Positions 25,160 through 35,865 of a stretch of DNA of 64,000 bases are shown piece after piece. The notes under the pieces were generated by a model. The model was given only the letters and a program-made list of their open reading frames with translations. It was not told where the DNA came from and did no database searches. The position numbers were made by a program, and so were the translations under genes. Positions within the stretch are counted from its first letter, which is position 1. Each line of letters opens with the position of its first letter. Source of the DNA: an uncultured Sangeribacter sp. (GTDB lineage: Bacteria > Bacteroidota > Bacteroidia > Bacteroidales > Muribaculaceae); NCBI GenBank assembly GCA_964418705.1, contig CAYQMV010000002.1, forward strand, positions 9,743 to 73,742. Reading direction: 5' to 3'.

Positions 25160-26467
25160 ATGAAAAAGATATATCCCTTAATACTTACAGCGTTAGTGAC
25201 ACTCGCAAGCATCACAAGCTGTGGCGTGAAGAACTCCAATGACTCCGCCGCGAAAGAGAACTTCGTCACCGTCAAGGATGGTAAATTCTATATCGGCGAC
25301 TCAGTATATAAATATGTGGGCACCAACTTCTGGTATGGCGCCATCCTCGCCAGCGAGGGGCGCGGTGGCGACCGCGCGCGTCTCGCCAAAGAGCTTGACC
25401 TGCTTCAGGAATTGGGCATCGACAACCTTCGTGTGCTTGTCGGCGGCGACGGCGGCGAGAATGTGCCTTCGCATATCATGCCCGTGCTTCAGACATCCCC
25501 GGGCGTGTACAACGACACCATCCTCGATGGATTGGATTATCTCATGGCTGAATTGGAGAAGCGCGACATGAAAGCGGTACTTTATCTCAACAATGCGTGG
25601 GAATGGAGCGGAGGCTACGGGGCTTATCTTGATTGGGCTGGTGCCGGCACCACACCTAATCCCTCCACCGACGGATATGACAAGTACACAACCCATGTGT
25701 CGCAGTTCGTCACCAACGATTCCGCAAAGAATCTCGCCGCAAACCATGTGAAGTACATCGTCAGCCGTGTGAACAGATACACCAAGAAACCTTATTCGGA
25801 GTCGCCGGCGCTTATGGCGTGGGAGATCGCCAACGAGCCCCGCGCTTTCGCGTCCGACAGCGTCACTAAAGACGCGTTCGCCAAATGGATTGAAGCCACC
25901 GCCAAGCTTATCAAGGGTATTGACGGCAACCATCTCGTAGCCACCGGCAGCGAAGGCATGCATGGATGCGAGGAGGATTATGACCTATGGGCTAAAATCC
26001 ACTCCATTCCGGAGATCGACTACGCCATAATCCACCTCTGGCCCTACAATTGGTCGTGGATCGACGAGGGTACCGTGGTCAGCGGTGTGGAGACCGCTTG
26101 CAAGAACACCCTTGATTATATCCGTCCGCACTATGAACTGATGAAGGATAAGAAGAAACCGTTGGTGCTTGAGGAGTTCGGTTATCCGCGAGACGGCTTC
26201 CTCTTCGCGAAGGGTACACCCACCGAGGGGAGGGATAAATTCTATGAATACGTGTTCTCCCTCATCGCCGGCAGCGGCATGATCGAGGGTTGCAACTTCT
26301 GGGGATGGGGCGGCTACGCCGATCCCGCTCATGAACGTTGGCATTGTTGGGATGATTACACCGGGGATCCGGCGCAGGAGCAGCAGGGCTTGAACTCCGT
26401 CTTCGCGTCCGATAAATCCACGCTCGAAATCATTTCCAAAATGACCAAGAAAATCAAGGGAAAATAG
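25160..26467 (+). CDS. GH5 endo-beta-1,4-mannanase-like lipoprotein
   Basis: Lipobox ITSCG. Contains DGKFYIGDSVYKYVGTNFWYG, the WEIANEPR acid/base block and the LEEFG nucleophile block. Confidence 0.8.
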   Translation: MKKIYPLILTALVTLASITSCGVKNSNDSAAKENFVTVKDGKFYIGDSVYKYVGTNFWYGAILASEGRGGDRARLAKELDLLQELGIDNLRVLVGGDGGENVPSHIMPVLQTSPGVYNDTILDGLDYLMAELEKRDMKAVLYLNNAWEWSGGYGAYLDWAGAGTTPNPSTDGYDKYTTHVSQFVTNDSAKNLAANHVKYIVSRVNRYTKKPYSESPALMAWEIANEPRAFASDSVTKDAFAKWIEATAKLIKGIDGNHLVATGSEGMHGCEEDYDLWAKIHSIPEIDYAIIHLWPYNWSWIDEGTVVSGVETACKNTLDYIRPHYELMKDKKKPLVLEEFGYPRDGFLFAKGTPTEGRDKFYEYVFSLIAGSGMIEGCNFWGWGGYADPAHERWHCWDDYTGDPAQEQQGLNSVFASDKSTLEIISKMTKKIKGK

Positions 26468-26677
26468 ATAGACTCGTTGGGAAAAATAGAAATATCGTTG
26501 AAAAAAGGGAATATCCACATAAAGATATAGTGATTTGACGAGGATTGTCCGGAGATGCTAAAGTCCTGAGACACCATAATCCGGAGACAAAAGGAATATT
26601 ATTGTAAAAAAGAATACTGTGGTAAAAATTTTAAGGTAGAAAAAGATTGCTTAAGGAATATAAAAAGGATTGATAGA

Positions 26678-27937
26678 ATGAAGAAACGAATGTTAATGAT
26701 GGGTTGCCTGTCCGCCTTGGTCGGAACAATGGGTGCCCGAGATTTGAAGGTGGATGTTCCGCCATGCCATGATTTGTGGTGGAATGCGCCTTCCGTACCG
26801 TGCGTGAATCTAATCGTGAACGATACGTTAGGGAATGTCAATACATCGGAGGTCACATTCCGCGTCACTACCGACAGGGATAAGTCCACCGATTTATTGA
26901 GCATTTCCCAGCGTATTAAATTGGAGGCGGGAGCCACCGATACGATCAAGGTTAAACTCCCCATCTCCATCCCCGGATTCTACACATGCTTTGTGGAGGA
27001 TGAGGGGAGAGTGGTGAAGCAGTTCAACATCGGCTATGAGCCCACCAACGTCGTGTCGCTTCCCGACAGCCACGCCGATTTCGACGCGTTCTGGGAAGAG
27101 GCCCTCGCGGAGCTTGCGGCGGTGCCGGGCGACTACACCATGAAAGAGATTCCCGAGAAGAGCGGCAAACGCCGTAAAGCATATATGGTGGAGATGCGCT
27201 CATGGGGCGGAGAGGTCATCAAAGGATACTTGATGATGCCCACCGCCAAAGGAAAATATCCTGTGCAGATATTCTACAACGGCTACGGCGCGCAGCCATG
27301 GTGCGTCGGTGCCGACGACCGTCCCGATTGGATAGAGTTCGTGGTATCCAGCCGCGGTCAGTTCCTCTGCCAGCCGGAGAATAAATATGGAGATTGGATC
27401 CGCTATAATCTTGACAAACCGAAGGAGTACTACTATAAAGGTGCGTTCTTGGATTGCGTGAGGGCGTTGGACTTTGTATCCCAATTGGATAAAGCTGACA
27501 CCCGCAACATCTTCGCTGAGGGTGGCAGCCAGGGTGGAGCCTACACTTTGGTGGCTGCGGCGTTGGACCACAGATTGCGCGCCATCGCCCCCTACATACC
27601 GTTCCTCAGCGACTACCGCGACTATTTCCGCATCGTTGATTGGCCAGCCTATCCCGTGAAAGAGGAGGCCCGTCAATTGGGAATGAGCGAGGAGCAGATG
27701 TATAGCAACTTGACTTATTTCGACATCAAGAACTTCGCGCGCCGCATCACGTGCCCCGTTTTGATGGGTATCGGTCTGCAGGACCCCACCTGCCCTCCCC
27801 ACACCAACATGTCGGATTATAATCTGATCACATCTCCGAAAGAATTGAAGATTTATCCTTTATGCGGACACACTGTGGTGTACGACGATTGGAATCCACG
27901 TCGCAGCGATTTCTTCAATAAATGGATGGTGAAGTAG
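26678..27937 (+). CDS. CE7-type acetyl esterase (acetylxylan esterase / cephalosporin-C deacetylase family) with N-terminal extension
   Basis: Contains the RGQ motif (VVSSRGQ) and the nucleophile elbow GGSQGG. A conserved downstream His lies in LCGHT. Confidence 0.8.
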   Translation: MKKRMLMMGCLSALVGTMGARDLKVDVPPCHDLWWNAPSVPCVNLIVNDTLGNVNTSEVTFRVTTDRDKSTDLLSISQRIKLEAGATDTIKVKLPISIPGFYTCFVEDEGRVVKQFNIGYEPTNVVSLPDSHADFDAFWEEALAELAAVPGDYTMKEIPEKSGKRRKAYMVEMRSWGGEVIKGYLMMPTAKGKYPVQIFYNGYGAQPWCVGADDRPDWIEFVVSSRGQFLCQPENKYGDWIRYNLDKPKEYYYKGAFLDCVRALDFVSQLDKADTRNIFAEGGSQGGAYTLVAAALDHRLRAIAPYIPFLSDYRDYFRIVDWPAYPVKEEARQLGMSEEQMYSNLTYFDIKNFARRITCPVLMGIGLQDPTCPPHTNMSDYNLITSPKELKIYPLCGHTVVYDDWNPRRSDFFNKWMVK

Positions 27938-28093
27938 GTTTTGGTGTGAAAAAGTAAAATTATGCGTATTATCGGATAAAATAGTATTATCGCGGTGCCG
28001 TAAAAAATATGTTAATTTGCAAAGTTGGTACCTAAGATAACGCCATGAATCAGAATAAATCAAAATTATAATCATTAATTATTAAAACTGTAC

Positions 28094-31000
28094 ATGAAAA
28101 CAAGTAATTGTTTAGGAATCAGAATGCTGTTTCTTTCGCTCTTTGCGATAGTTGCCATGAGCATTTCTGCGCAAGTTACCGCTGTTAAGGGTACGGTCAA
28201 GGATCAGAGCGGAGACCCGTTGATCGGAGTCACTGTGATGGTCAAAGGTACTTCCAATGGTACGATGACCGACCTCGACGGTAATTTTAGTATCAGTGTC
28301 GCCAAGGCTAATTCCACATTGGTTTTCACCTATGTTGGAATGGAGACACAGGAGATTGCATTGAACGGCCGTAAGACTGTGGATGTGACAATGAGAGAAG
28401 ACGCTTCAACCCTCGAAGAGGTGGTGGTTGTAGGTTACGGTACACAACGCCGTAGCGACATCACCGGTTCGGTGGCATCCCTTAGCGAGGATCAGATGCG
28501 CCAGTCAATCGTCACCAACGCCGACCAATATCTTCAAGGTAAGGTCGCCGGTGTTCAAGTGACACAAAACTCAGGAGCCCCCGGTGGTGCCACTTCTATC
28601 CGTATCCGTGGTGCCAGCTCTCTCAACAGCTCCAATGAGCCTCTATACGTGATCGATGGTGTGCCCATGAGCACCGCCAACAACACTATCGGAGGTTTCG
28701 ACTGGGCGGGTGGTACAAACGGACAGAACACCGTCAACCCCCTCGCCGCCATCGCGCCGAGTGATATCGTCAGCATCGACGTGCTCAAAGATGCCTCCGC
28801 CTGCGCCATCTATGGTGCCGCCGGTGCAAATGGTGTCGTAATGGTCACCACACGCCGTGGTAAAGCCGGACACACCAACGTCACTTACGATGGTTATGTG
28901 GCTTGGCAAGAGACTGCCAAACGTCTTAAAATGATGAACCTTCAAGAGTACGCCACTTATCAAAACCAACTCTACGAGGAGGGCGCTCTTGATTCTTCCA
29001 ACCTCGACAACGCTTACCGCGATCCCTCCATCTTGGGTGAAGGTACCGACTGGCAAGATGAAATCTTCCGCACCGCGTTCATGCAGAGCCACCAGGTGGC
29101 GCTCACCGGCGGTAACGACAACATCACTTACTCAATGTCCACCGGATGGATGGACCAACAGGGTACTGTGATCGGTTCTGACTTCAACCGTTTCAACTCA
29201 CGTTTCAACTTCGACAACAATTTCAACAAATACATCAAACTCGGTGGTTCATTGGCATACACCCGCACCGATGAGAAGATCACCCGTCAGGATGGTAGCG
29301 ACGGTGTCATCATGCAAGCCATGACAATGATGCCCTCCATCCCGGTACGCGACTTCGACGGCAACTGGGCAGGCCCCTCCACTGTCAACGGCTCCTCCAC
29401 ATGGAACCCGGTGGCTTTGGCGTTGCAGACAAACAACACACTACTTCGTCAACGCGCCATGGGTAACTTCTATGGCAGCGTGGATTTCTTGAAATATTTC
29501 AACTTCCGTGCTGAATACGCGTTCGACGCCAGCCAGAACAAGAATAAATCCTACATTCCCCGTTACGAGTTCGGTGTCGTTTCCAACGATATCAACCAAA
29601 TGTATCAGGGTGAGAGCCACTCCTTCTATTGGATGCAAAAAGACTACATCACTTACCACCAACTCTTCGCCGACAAGCATGATTTGACAGTGATGGCAGG
29701 TTTCGAGGCAAGCAAATCCTCATGGGACGGCACCACTCTTATCAAGAAGAACTTCACCACCGACAACATCCACGTGATGGGTTCCGACGGTGACTACTAT
29801 TCAAACTCCGGCTATGAGGACGCTGTCTCCACAGCATCATTCTTCGGTCGTGCCAACTATGCGTTCGACAACCGCTACCTCGCCACCGTCACTCTCCGTG
29901 CCGATGGTTCCTCCAAGTTCGGTCCATCCAACAAATGGGGCTACTTCCCTTCAGTGGCTTTGGCATGGCGCATCAACCAAGAGAAATGGTTGCAAGATGT
30001 GGATTGGATCAACAACCTCAAACTCCGTTTAGGTTATGGTCAGGTGGGTAACTCCAACATCGACACATATAAATATGCGTCGGCGATGTTCTCCATCCTC
30101 ACTCCGCAAGGCACCGCATACTTCCCCCGCAACCTAGCCAACTCCAAACTTAAATGGGAGGCTTCCGAGCAATACAACATCGGTGTTGACTTCTCAGTGC
30201 TCAACAGCAGATTGGAGTTCACCGTGGATGCTTATAAGAAACAGACCAAAGATTTGTTGATGCAAATGTTCGTGCCGTCGCAAATCTCCACCAACGACTA
30301 CAACAGCGCCATCCAGACTCCGTATGCCAACATCGGTAAGACAGAGAACAAGGGTGTTGACCTCCAGATCAACGCGCGCCCCGTGGTCACCAACGATTTC
30401 CAATGGAGCTCCGCTCTGACATTCTCTTTGAACCGCAATAAAGTGGTTGCCCTCAACGACAACTCACAAGTGCTCTACGGCTACGTTGACTGGTACGCTC
30501 CCTTCCAGACTTGTACTATGTTCAAGGTAGGCGAGGCAATGGGTGTGTTCTATGGATACGAGACTGAGGGTCTCTTCAAGAACGAGGAGGATATCCTTAC
30601 CCACGCCACTCAAACCGGCGGCACAACTCCCTATTCCAACCGTATCGACAAAACTTCCGGCGTTTGGGTGGGCGATATCAAATTCAAAGATCAAAACGGC
30701 GATGGTGTGATCAACGAGGATGACCAAGTTGTGATCGGCGACCCGAACCCTGATTTCACTTTCGGATGGACCAACACTTTCACTTACAAAGATTGGGAGC
30801 TCGGCATCGGACTCACCGGTCAGGTGGGCGGCGATATCCTCAACTGGTCACGCTACAAAACAGAGTCTTTGACCTCTCTTTGGGATAACCAATTGCAGAC
30901 AGTGCTCGGACGTTGCACCGTGGGTCTCTATGACGAGAACGGCAGCGCCGACGACATCTCCAACGTTTATCTCACCAGCGAGGGCAACGGAATACCCCGT

Positions 31001-31303
31001 TTCTCTTCACTTGACGGCAACGGAAACAACCGTATGAGCGACCGTTGGATTGAGGATGCCACTTATCTCCGCATCTCCAACATCTCGTTGGCTTACAACT
31101 TCCCCGCTAAGTGGATCCGCAAGTTCCACATCCAGAGCGCTAAACTCTATGTGAACATCCAGAATGTTTACACATTTACCAACTATAGTGGCTATGACCC
31201 TGAAATCGGTGCTTACAACCAGAGCGCATTGTTGCAAAACATTGACCGTGGTCGTTATCCGACTCCGCGTACTTACACTATTGGTATGAATCTATGTTTC
31301 TAA
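28094..31303 (+). CDS. SusC/RagA-family TonB-linked outer-membrane transporter
   Basis: Carboxypeptidase-regulatory-like N-terminal domain (VKGTVKDQSGDPLIGVTVMVKGT..GT.TDLDGNFSI). TonB box VVVVGYGTQ. About 1070 aa. Directly followed by SusD. Confidence 0.95.
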   Translation: MKTSNCLGIRMLFLSLFAIVAMSISAQVTAVKGTVKDQSGDPLIGVTVMVKGTSNGTMTDLDGNFSISVAKANSTLVFTYVGMETQEIALNGRKTVDVTMREDASTLEEVVVVGYGTQRRSDITGSVASLSEDQMRQSIVTNADQYLQGKVAGVQVTQNSGAPGGATSIRIRGASSLNSSNEPLYVIDGVPMSTANNTIGGFDWAGGTNGQNTVNPLAAIAPSDIVSIDVLKDASACAIYGAAGANGVVMVTTRRGKAGHTNVTYDGYVAWQETAKRLKMMNLQEYATYQNQLYEEGALDSSNLDNAYRDPSILGEGTDWQDEIFRTAFMQSHQVALTGGNDNITYSMSTGWMDQQGTVIGSDFNRFNSRFNFDNNFNKYIKLGGSLAYTRTDEKITRQDGSDGVIMQAMTMMPSIPVRDFDGNWAGPSTVNGSSTWNPVALALQTNNTLLRQRAMGNFYGSVDFLKYFNFRAEYAFDASQNKNKSYIPRYEFGVVSNDINQMYQGESHSFYWMQKDYITYHQLFADKHDLTVMAGFEASKSSWDGTTLIKKNFTTDNIHVMGSDGDYYSNSGYEDAVSTASFFGRANYAFDNRYLATVTLRADGSSKFGPSNKWGYFPSVALAWRINQEKWLQDVDWINNLKLRLGYGQVGNSNIDTYKYASAMFSILTPQGTAYFPRNLANSKLKWEASEQYNIGVDFSVLNSRLEFTVDAYKKQTKDLLMQMFVPSQISTNDYNSAIQTPYANIGKTENKGVDLQINARPVVTNDFQWSSALTFSLNRNKVVALNDNSQVLYGYVDWYAPFQTCTMFKVGEAMGVFYGYETEGLFKNEEDILTHATQTGGTTPYSNRIDKTSGVWVGDIKFKDQNGDGVINEDDQVVIGDPNPDFTFGWTNTFTYKDWELGIGLTGQVGGDILNWSRYKTESLTSLWDNQLQTVLGRCTVGLYDENGSADDISNVYLTSEGNGIPRFSSLDGNGNNRMSDRWIEDATYLRISNISLAYNFPAKWIRKFHIQSAKLYVNIQNVYTFTNYSGYDPEIGAYNQSALLQNIDRGRYPTPRTYTIGMNLCF

Positions 31304-31324
31304 AATTTTAATAGAAAAATCACG

Positions 31325-33010
31325 ATGAAATCAATAATAAAGAAAATAGCTTTGTCGGCGATTTTGGTCGGATCTCTCACTTCGTGCGACGACTTCCTCA
31401 CCATCACCCCCACCGATAAACTTACGCAAGACAACTATTACACCGATGCGTCGATGGTGCGTGCGCAAACATTGGGTTTGTATTCCGCCGTTATCTGGAG
31501 CAACTACTTCATGAACTTCCAATGGAAGCTTGATATGCTCAACGGTGATATGTACTATACTTACGACGCCGAGGGTCAGTGGTATTTCGGTACCTACACC
31601 ACCGTGAACCAATACCTCAACGAGGGATGGAAGGGTGTCTACACTGTCATCGCACAATGCAACAACGTGATCAACGATATGCCTAACTACTGCTCCGGCA
31701 TCGCCGAGGAGGACGTGAACAAGGCTGTGGCTGAGGCACGCTGTATCCGCGGTTACTGCTACTACTTGCTCGCCGAGTTGTGGCACGACGCGCCTATCGT
31801 CTACGATAACTCCAAGAATATCGCCGACGGCAACATCGACCTTCCGCGCAACACTCAAAAGAGCATCTACCAATTCGCGATGGAGGATTTGGACTACGCG
31901 GTAGCCACACTTCCCGACAGCGACACCGACAGCTTCCGTTGCACCAGCTACACCGCCAAAGCGTTCCGCGCTAAATTGGGTGTGACTATGGCGGCGCACA
32001 GCGACTACGGCTACGACCGCGACGCTCTTTACGCTCAAGCTGCCCAGGATGCTTTGGCCGTGATCGAATCTCGCACCGACATCAAGAACATTCCGTTCTC
32101 CACACTCTTCGACGTGGAGACCAACAATGGTCCTGAGTCAATCTTCGCTATCCAATGCTTCGTCGGTGGTTACGCCTATGGTAATCCTAAAAACTGTGCT
32201 TGGTCACGCAGCTCTGTCATCGCCGACCAAACATGGGGCGCCGGCAAAGGCCCCACAATCTCCATGCAGAAAATGTACGACAAAATCGACCAACGTCGTA
32301 AATGGACTTACATGACTCTCGGAGATTACTATCCCAACTTGGATAAAGCTGAGGGTGGCTACACCTACAACTACTACACTTATGATGAGGATGGCACCGC
32401 ATACGAGTCTCCCAACGAGATGCACGCCCACATCAAGAAATATATCATTGGTAAAGCAGCGGACTGCGACGGCAATGTCGGTCTCGGTCAGGATGCCGCC
32501 AACAATATCTATGTGATGCGTCTTGCGGATGTATATTTGACATACGCCGAGGCAGTGATGGGCACCTCTTCAAGCACTGCCAACGCCGGCGCATTGGAGA
32601 AATTCAATGCTGTCCGCGCTCGTGCCGGACTTGCCGGATTGACCTCGCTCTCATTCAAAGACCTCTTGAAAGAGCGTCGTCGTGAGTTCTGCTTCGAGTC
32701 TATCAACTGGTTTGATATCCTCCGTCTCCGTTACCGTGAGGGTGACAGCGTGGCTCTTGACTTCTTGAACTCCGGCTATGAGACCGGCTACAACCGCTGC
32801 GCAATGTATGTGGCTAAGGATTATGGCATGTCGCAGGCTGAGTCCAACTTGGATGATTCCTACATCCTCGTGTCGAGCAAAGCCGAGGGTGGCATGTACG
32901 ACGCCATCAACATCAGTGCCGACGCGTTCATCCTTCCCATCCCCGCCGCTGTCTCCACCAGCTGTCCCGCACTCGCTGCCGACCCGGTTGACTTCTACGG
33001 CAATAATTAA
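31325..33010 (+). CDS. SusD/RagB-family lipoprotein
   Basis: Lipobox LTSCDDF. Position immediately downstream of SusC. Typical length and TPR-like aromatic-rich composition. Confidence 0.9.
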   Translation: MKSIIKKIALSAILVGSLTSCDDFLTITPTDKLTQDNYYTDASMVRAQTLGLYSAVIWSNYFMNFQWKLDMLNGDMYYTYDAEGQWYFGTYTTVNQYLNEGWKGVYTVIAQCNNVINDMPNYCSGIAEEDVNKAVAEARCIRGYCYYLLAELWHDAPIVYDNSKNIADGNIDLPRNTQKSIYQFAMEDLDYAVATLPDSDTDSFRCTSYTAKAFRAKLGVTMAAHSDYGYDRDALYAQAAQDALAVIESRTDIKNIPFSTLFDVETNNGPESIFAIQCFVGGYAYGNPKNCAWSRSSVIADQTWGAGKGPTISMQKMYDKIDQRRKWTYMTLGDYYPNLDKAEGGYTYNYYTYDEDGTAYESPNEMHAHIKKYIIGKAADCDGNVGLGQDAANNIYVMRLADVYLTYAEAVMGTSSSTANAGALEKFNAVRARAGLAGLTSLSFKDLLKERRREFCFESINWFDILRLRYREGDSVALDFLNSGYETGYNRCAMYVAKDYGMSQAESNLDDSYILVSSKAEGGMYDAINISADAFILPIPAAVSTSCPALAADPVDFYGNN

Positions 33011-33040
33011 GGTTTAACCTAAATTCATAGAATACAGATT

Positions 33041-34234
33041 ATGAAAAAATATATCAAATATATATATGCTTCTGTAGCGCTCCTTTCCACCGCCGCCATG
33101 GTGTCGTGCGAAGATACCGACGCGGAGAAGGATAAAGGGGAAACTCCGGTGATCGAGTATGCGCGTGTGTGCAATCCCGAGTCCGCCGATTCCCTTTTGG
33201 TGGAGTCAGCCATGGGCAGCCGCATCGCCTTCATAGGTAAAGACCTCGGCGATGTGCAACAGGTTTGGTTCAACGACCAAAAATCGAAACTCAACCCCAC
33301 ACTCGTCACATCCTACAGCATCATCGTGGATGTGCCCAACACATTGCCCGGAGAGGTGACCAACAAAGTCACATTCATCACTTCCACCGGTCTGAAAACG
33401 GAATATCCGTTCAAGGTGGTGGTTCCCTCACCTGTGGTGACCTCAATGTCGTGCCAGTATGGCCGTCCCGGTGATTTGATCACTTTCAACGGTGATTATT
33501 TCTTCGGCACCGAGGATCAAGTGTATGTCACTTTCCCCGGCAACCTCAAGGCAGAGACAGTCTCTGTCAGCAACAACGCTCTCACAGTGAAAGTGCCCGA
33601 GGGCGCCACTCAAGAGGGCTATTTGACAGTGAACTCTTATTTCGGAAGCTCCAAAACATCTATGAAGTTCTTGGAGTCTGACGGTATGATTTGCCGCTTT
33701 GAGCCGGATGGTTACCAAAACTCATGGGGTCTTGGTTCCACCGCCAGCGAGGATGGCATCGACGGCAGCTACTTGCGCCTATACCAAGCCAACAACGGTG
33801 AATGGAACTGGCAGAACGCTCTCTGCTGGGGCTATTGGAACACCGGCAGCGAGCCTATCGCCAAAGGCTCCATCTCCAACTTGGCTCTCCGTTTCGAGGC
33901 TAACATCCCCACTTGGGCAAACGTTCCTTTGATTATGTACTTCACCAACGACGAGGGTATCAACGTGGACGGTTCCGAAGCACAGCTCCACTGGACACCA
34001 TGGTTGAGCCTCGGCGGCGACACTCCTTTGAACACCAACGGATGGGTGACATACACTATTCCTTTGACAGAGTTCAAATACAACAAGGATGGCAGCGACG
34101 ACTCCCGCACTATCGGCGACATCTCGCAATACACCAACCTTTCAATGATCCTCTTCGGTTCATTCTCCCCCGGTACTCAGGCGTTCGACGTGGATATCCG
34201 CATCGACAACCTCCGCATCGTCAACATCAATTAA
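33041..34234 (+). CDS. Surface glycan-binding lipoprotein candidate (IPT/TIG-like repeats plus C-terminal beta-sandwich)
   Basis: Lipobox MVSCED. Two segments of the P.I....P......G..I.I.G..F type. SusE/F-equivalent position. Confidence 0.65.
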   Translation: MKKYIKYIYASVALLSTAAMVSCEDTDAEKDKGETPVIEYARVCNPESADSLLVESAMGSRIAFIGKDLGDVQQVWFNDQKSKLNPTLVTSYSIIVDVPNTLPGEVTNKVTFITSTGLKTEYPFKVVVPSPVVTSMSCQYGRPGDLITFNGDYFFGTEDQVYVTFPGNLKAETVSVSNNALTVKVPEGATQEGYLTVNSYFGSSKTSMKFLESDGMICRFEPDGYQNSWGLGSTASEDGIDGSYLRLYQANNGEWNWQNALCWGYWNTGSEPIAKGSISNLALRFEANIPTWANVPLIMYFTNDEGINVDGSEAQLHWTPWLSLGGDTPLNTNGWVTYTIPLTEFKYNKDGSDDSRTIGDISQYTNLSMILFGSFSPGTQAFDVDIRIDNLRIVNIN

Positions 34235-34257
34235 TCATTATAACTCGTATTTAATCA

Positions 34258-35766
34258 ATGAAGACAATAGATAAAATAAAGAGTTGGATGCTTATCGCTG
34301 TGATGGTTTTGGGTCTCTCTTACACCGCCGCGTCATGCAGCGATGACGATGAGGCTCCGTTCCACACCAGCCAACTCCATTCTTTCGGACCATGCCCGGT
34401 GCTGCGCGGTGAGACTATCCGCATCATCGGTGAGGGCCTCAGCGGAGTCACTAAAGTAATCTTCCCTGTTGACGTAGAGGTTACTGACTTCGTTTCAAAA
34501 ACCGACACTGAAATCGTTGTGGTTGTGCCGCAAGAAGCTGTGCCGGGACATATCAAAATCGTGATTAACGGCAAAGAGGTGGAGTCCAAATCTCTCATCA
34601 CTTTCCAAGAGCCTATCACTGTGGATGAGGTTTCTCCGCTCACCGACGTGCTCGCCGGCGACGAGGTGACTGTGAAAGGTGATTACGTCTACAACATCGC
34701 GTCTGTGAAATTCAGCAACGATTATGAAATCACCACTGAGGACTTCACAGTTCAAACACGCAAGGAATTGCGCTTTAAATTGCCCGCCCAGGCTGTGGAT
34801 GGTACCATCACATTCTCCGATGGCGCTGATTGGGAACTCGAATGGGAACAACCTATCACTGTCAAGAACGCCACTTTCTCCGGCGCTTCCAAGACTGACG
34901 TGAAAGAGGGTGAGGTGATTGATTTCAACGGAACCAATCTCCAACTCATCGAGACTGTGGTCTTCCCCGGCAACATCGAGGTCACTAACTTCACTGTGGC
35001 TGCCGACGGCAGAAAACTCAGCGTGGCTGTCCCCGTGGGCACTTGCAACGGTAACGTCACTTTGCGTCAGTACAACGCCACCACTTTGGCTGCCGGATCC
35101 ATCACCGTGCCCACCATCTCCGTGAGCGGCGTCTCTCCGATGCGCGACATCGAGGTGGGTAAGACTGTGACCATCTCCGGTTCTCTCTTGAACCTTGTTT
35201 CTGAGGTTCAACTCCCCGGCGGCGACGTGCTTTACGCCGGACAATTCTCCGTGAACGGCGCCGGCACTGAATTGACATTCAGCGCACCATCCACTATGGT
35301 CGACGGTCAGATCGTCATTGTGCAAAACAGCAACATCGTTGTCTACACCGACACCGTGACTATGAAACGTCTCGGCAATGTCATCTGGACAGGCAACTTC
35401 GACCTCGGCGGTTGGTCCAACAACCTCGAGATCGCGGCTGAGAAGAACGATGCTATCTGGGAGACATTCTCCTCCGCAATCAAGACTCCCGGTAAGTTGA
35501 CCATCAACTTCGAGGAGGATATGAACTTCGGATGGTGGCAGATCAAACCATGCTACCGCAGCGACTGGAACACCCTTTGGGAGAATGTTCCCGACATCGT
35601 GGGCATGAATGCCGGAGATACCTCTTGGACAGTGATGTTCACTCAAAGAGATGTTGACGCGATGTATGGCGCCGGTCTCGCTATCGGTGGTTGCTACCTG
35701 ACCATCAAGTCTATCGAATGGGAGCCGGTATCTTCCAAACCGAAGAAAACTAATCATAGAAAATAA
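34258..35766 (+). CDS. Second surface glycan-binding lipoprotein candidate (multiple IPT/TIG-like repeats)
   Basis: Lipobox AASCSDD. At least four repeats of the pattern GE.I.I.G..L..V..V.FPG.... Confidence 0.65.
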   Translation: MKTIDKIKSWMLIAVMVLGLSYTAASCSDDDEAPFHTSQLHSFGPCPVLRGETIRIIGEGLSGVTKVIFPVDVEVTDFVSKTDTEIVVVVPQEAVPGHIKIVINGKEVESKSLITFQEPITVDEVSPLTDVLAGDEVTVKGDYVYNIASVKFSNDYEITTEDFTVQTRKELRFKLPAQAVDGTITFSDGADWELEWEQPITVKNATFSGASKTDVKEGEVIDFNGTNLQLIETVVFPGNIEVTNFTVAADGRKLSVAVPVGTCNGNVTLRQYNATTLAAGSITVPTISVSGVSPMRDIEVGKTVTISGSLLNLVSEVQLPGGDVLYAGQFSVNGAGTELTFSAPSTMVDGQIVIVQNSNIVVYTDTVTMKRLGNVIWTGNFDLGGWSNNLEIAAEKNDAIWETFSSAIKTPGKLTINFEEDMNFGWWQIKPCYRSDWNTLWENVPDIVGMNAGDTSWTVMFTQRDVDAMYGAGLAIGGCYLTIKSIEWEPVSSKPKKTNHRK

Positions 35767-35812
35767 TCAATGATATAGTTTCGTTAAATATTAAATTATT
35801 ATAGATTACGTA

Positions 35813-35857
35813 GGTGCCGGGCAGGCGCGAGAACCGCTTACCCGGCACCCTTTTTTT
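35813..35857 (+). terminator. Strong rho-independent terminator inside the mannan locus
   Basis: ggtgccggg (35813-35821) pairs with cccggcacc (35841-35849), followed by T7 (35851-35857). It ends 9 nt before the GH26 ATG. Confidence 0.8.
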
Positions 35858-35865
35858 AAACTATT

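Noticed and set aside
27938-28093. Promoter call for the first SusC at gttaatttgcaaag
   Set aside because: The sequence reads TAATTTG, one nucleotide short of the TAnnTTTG spacing, so I did not annotate it as a -7 box.
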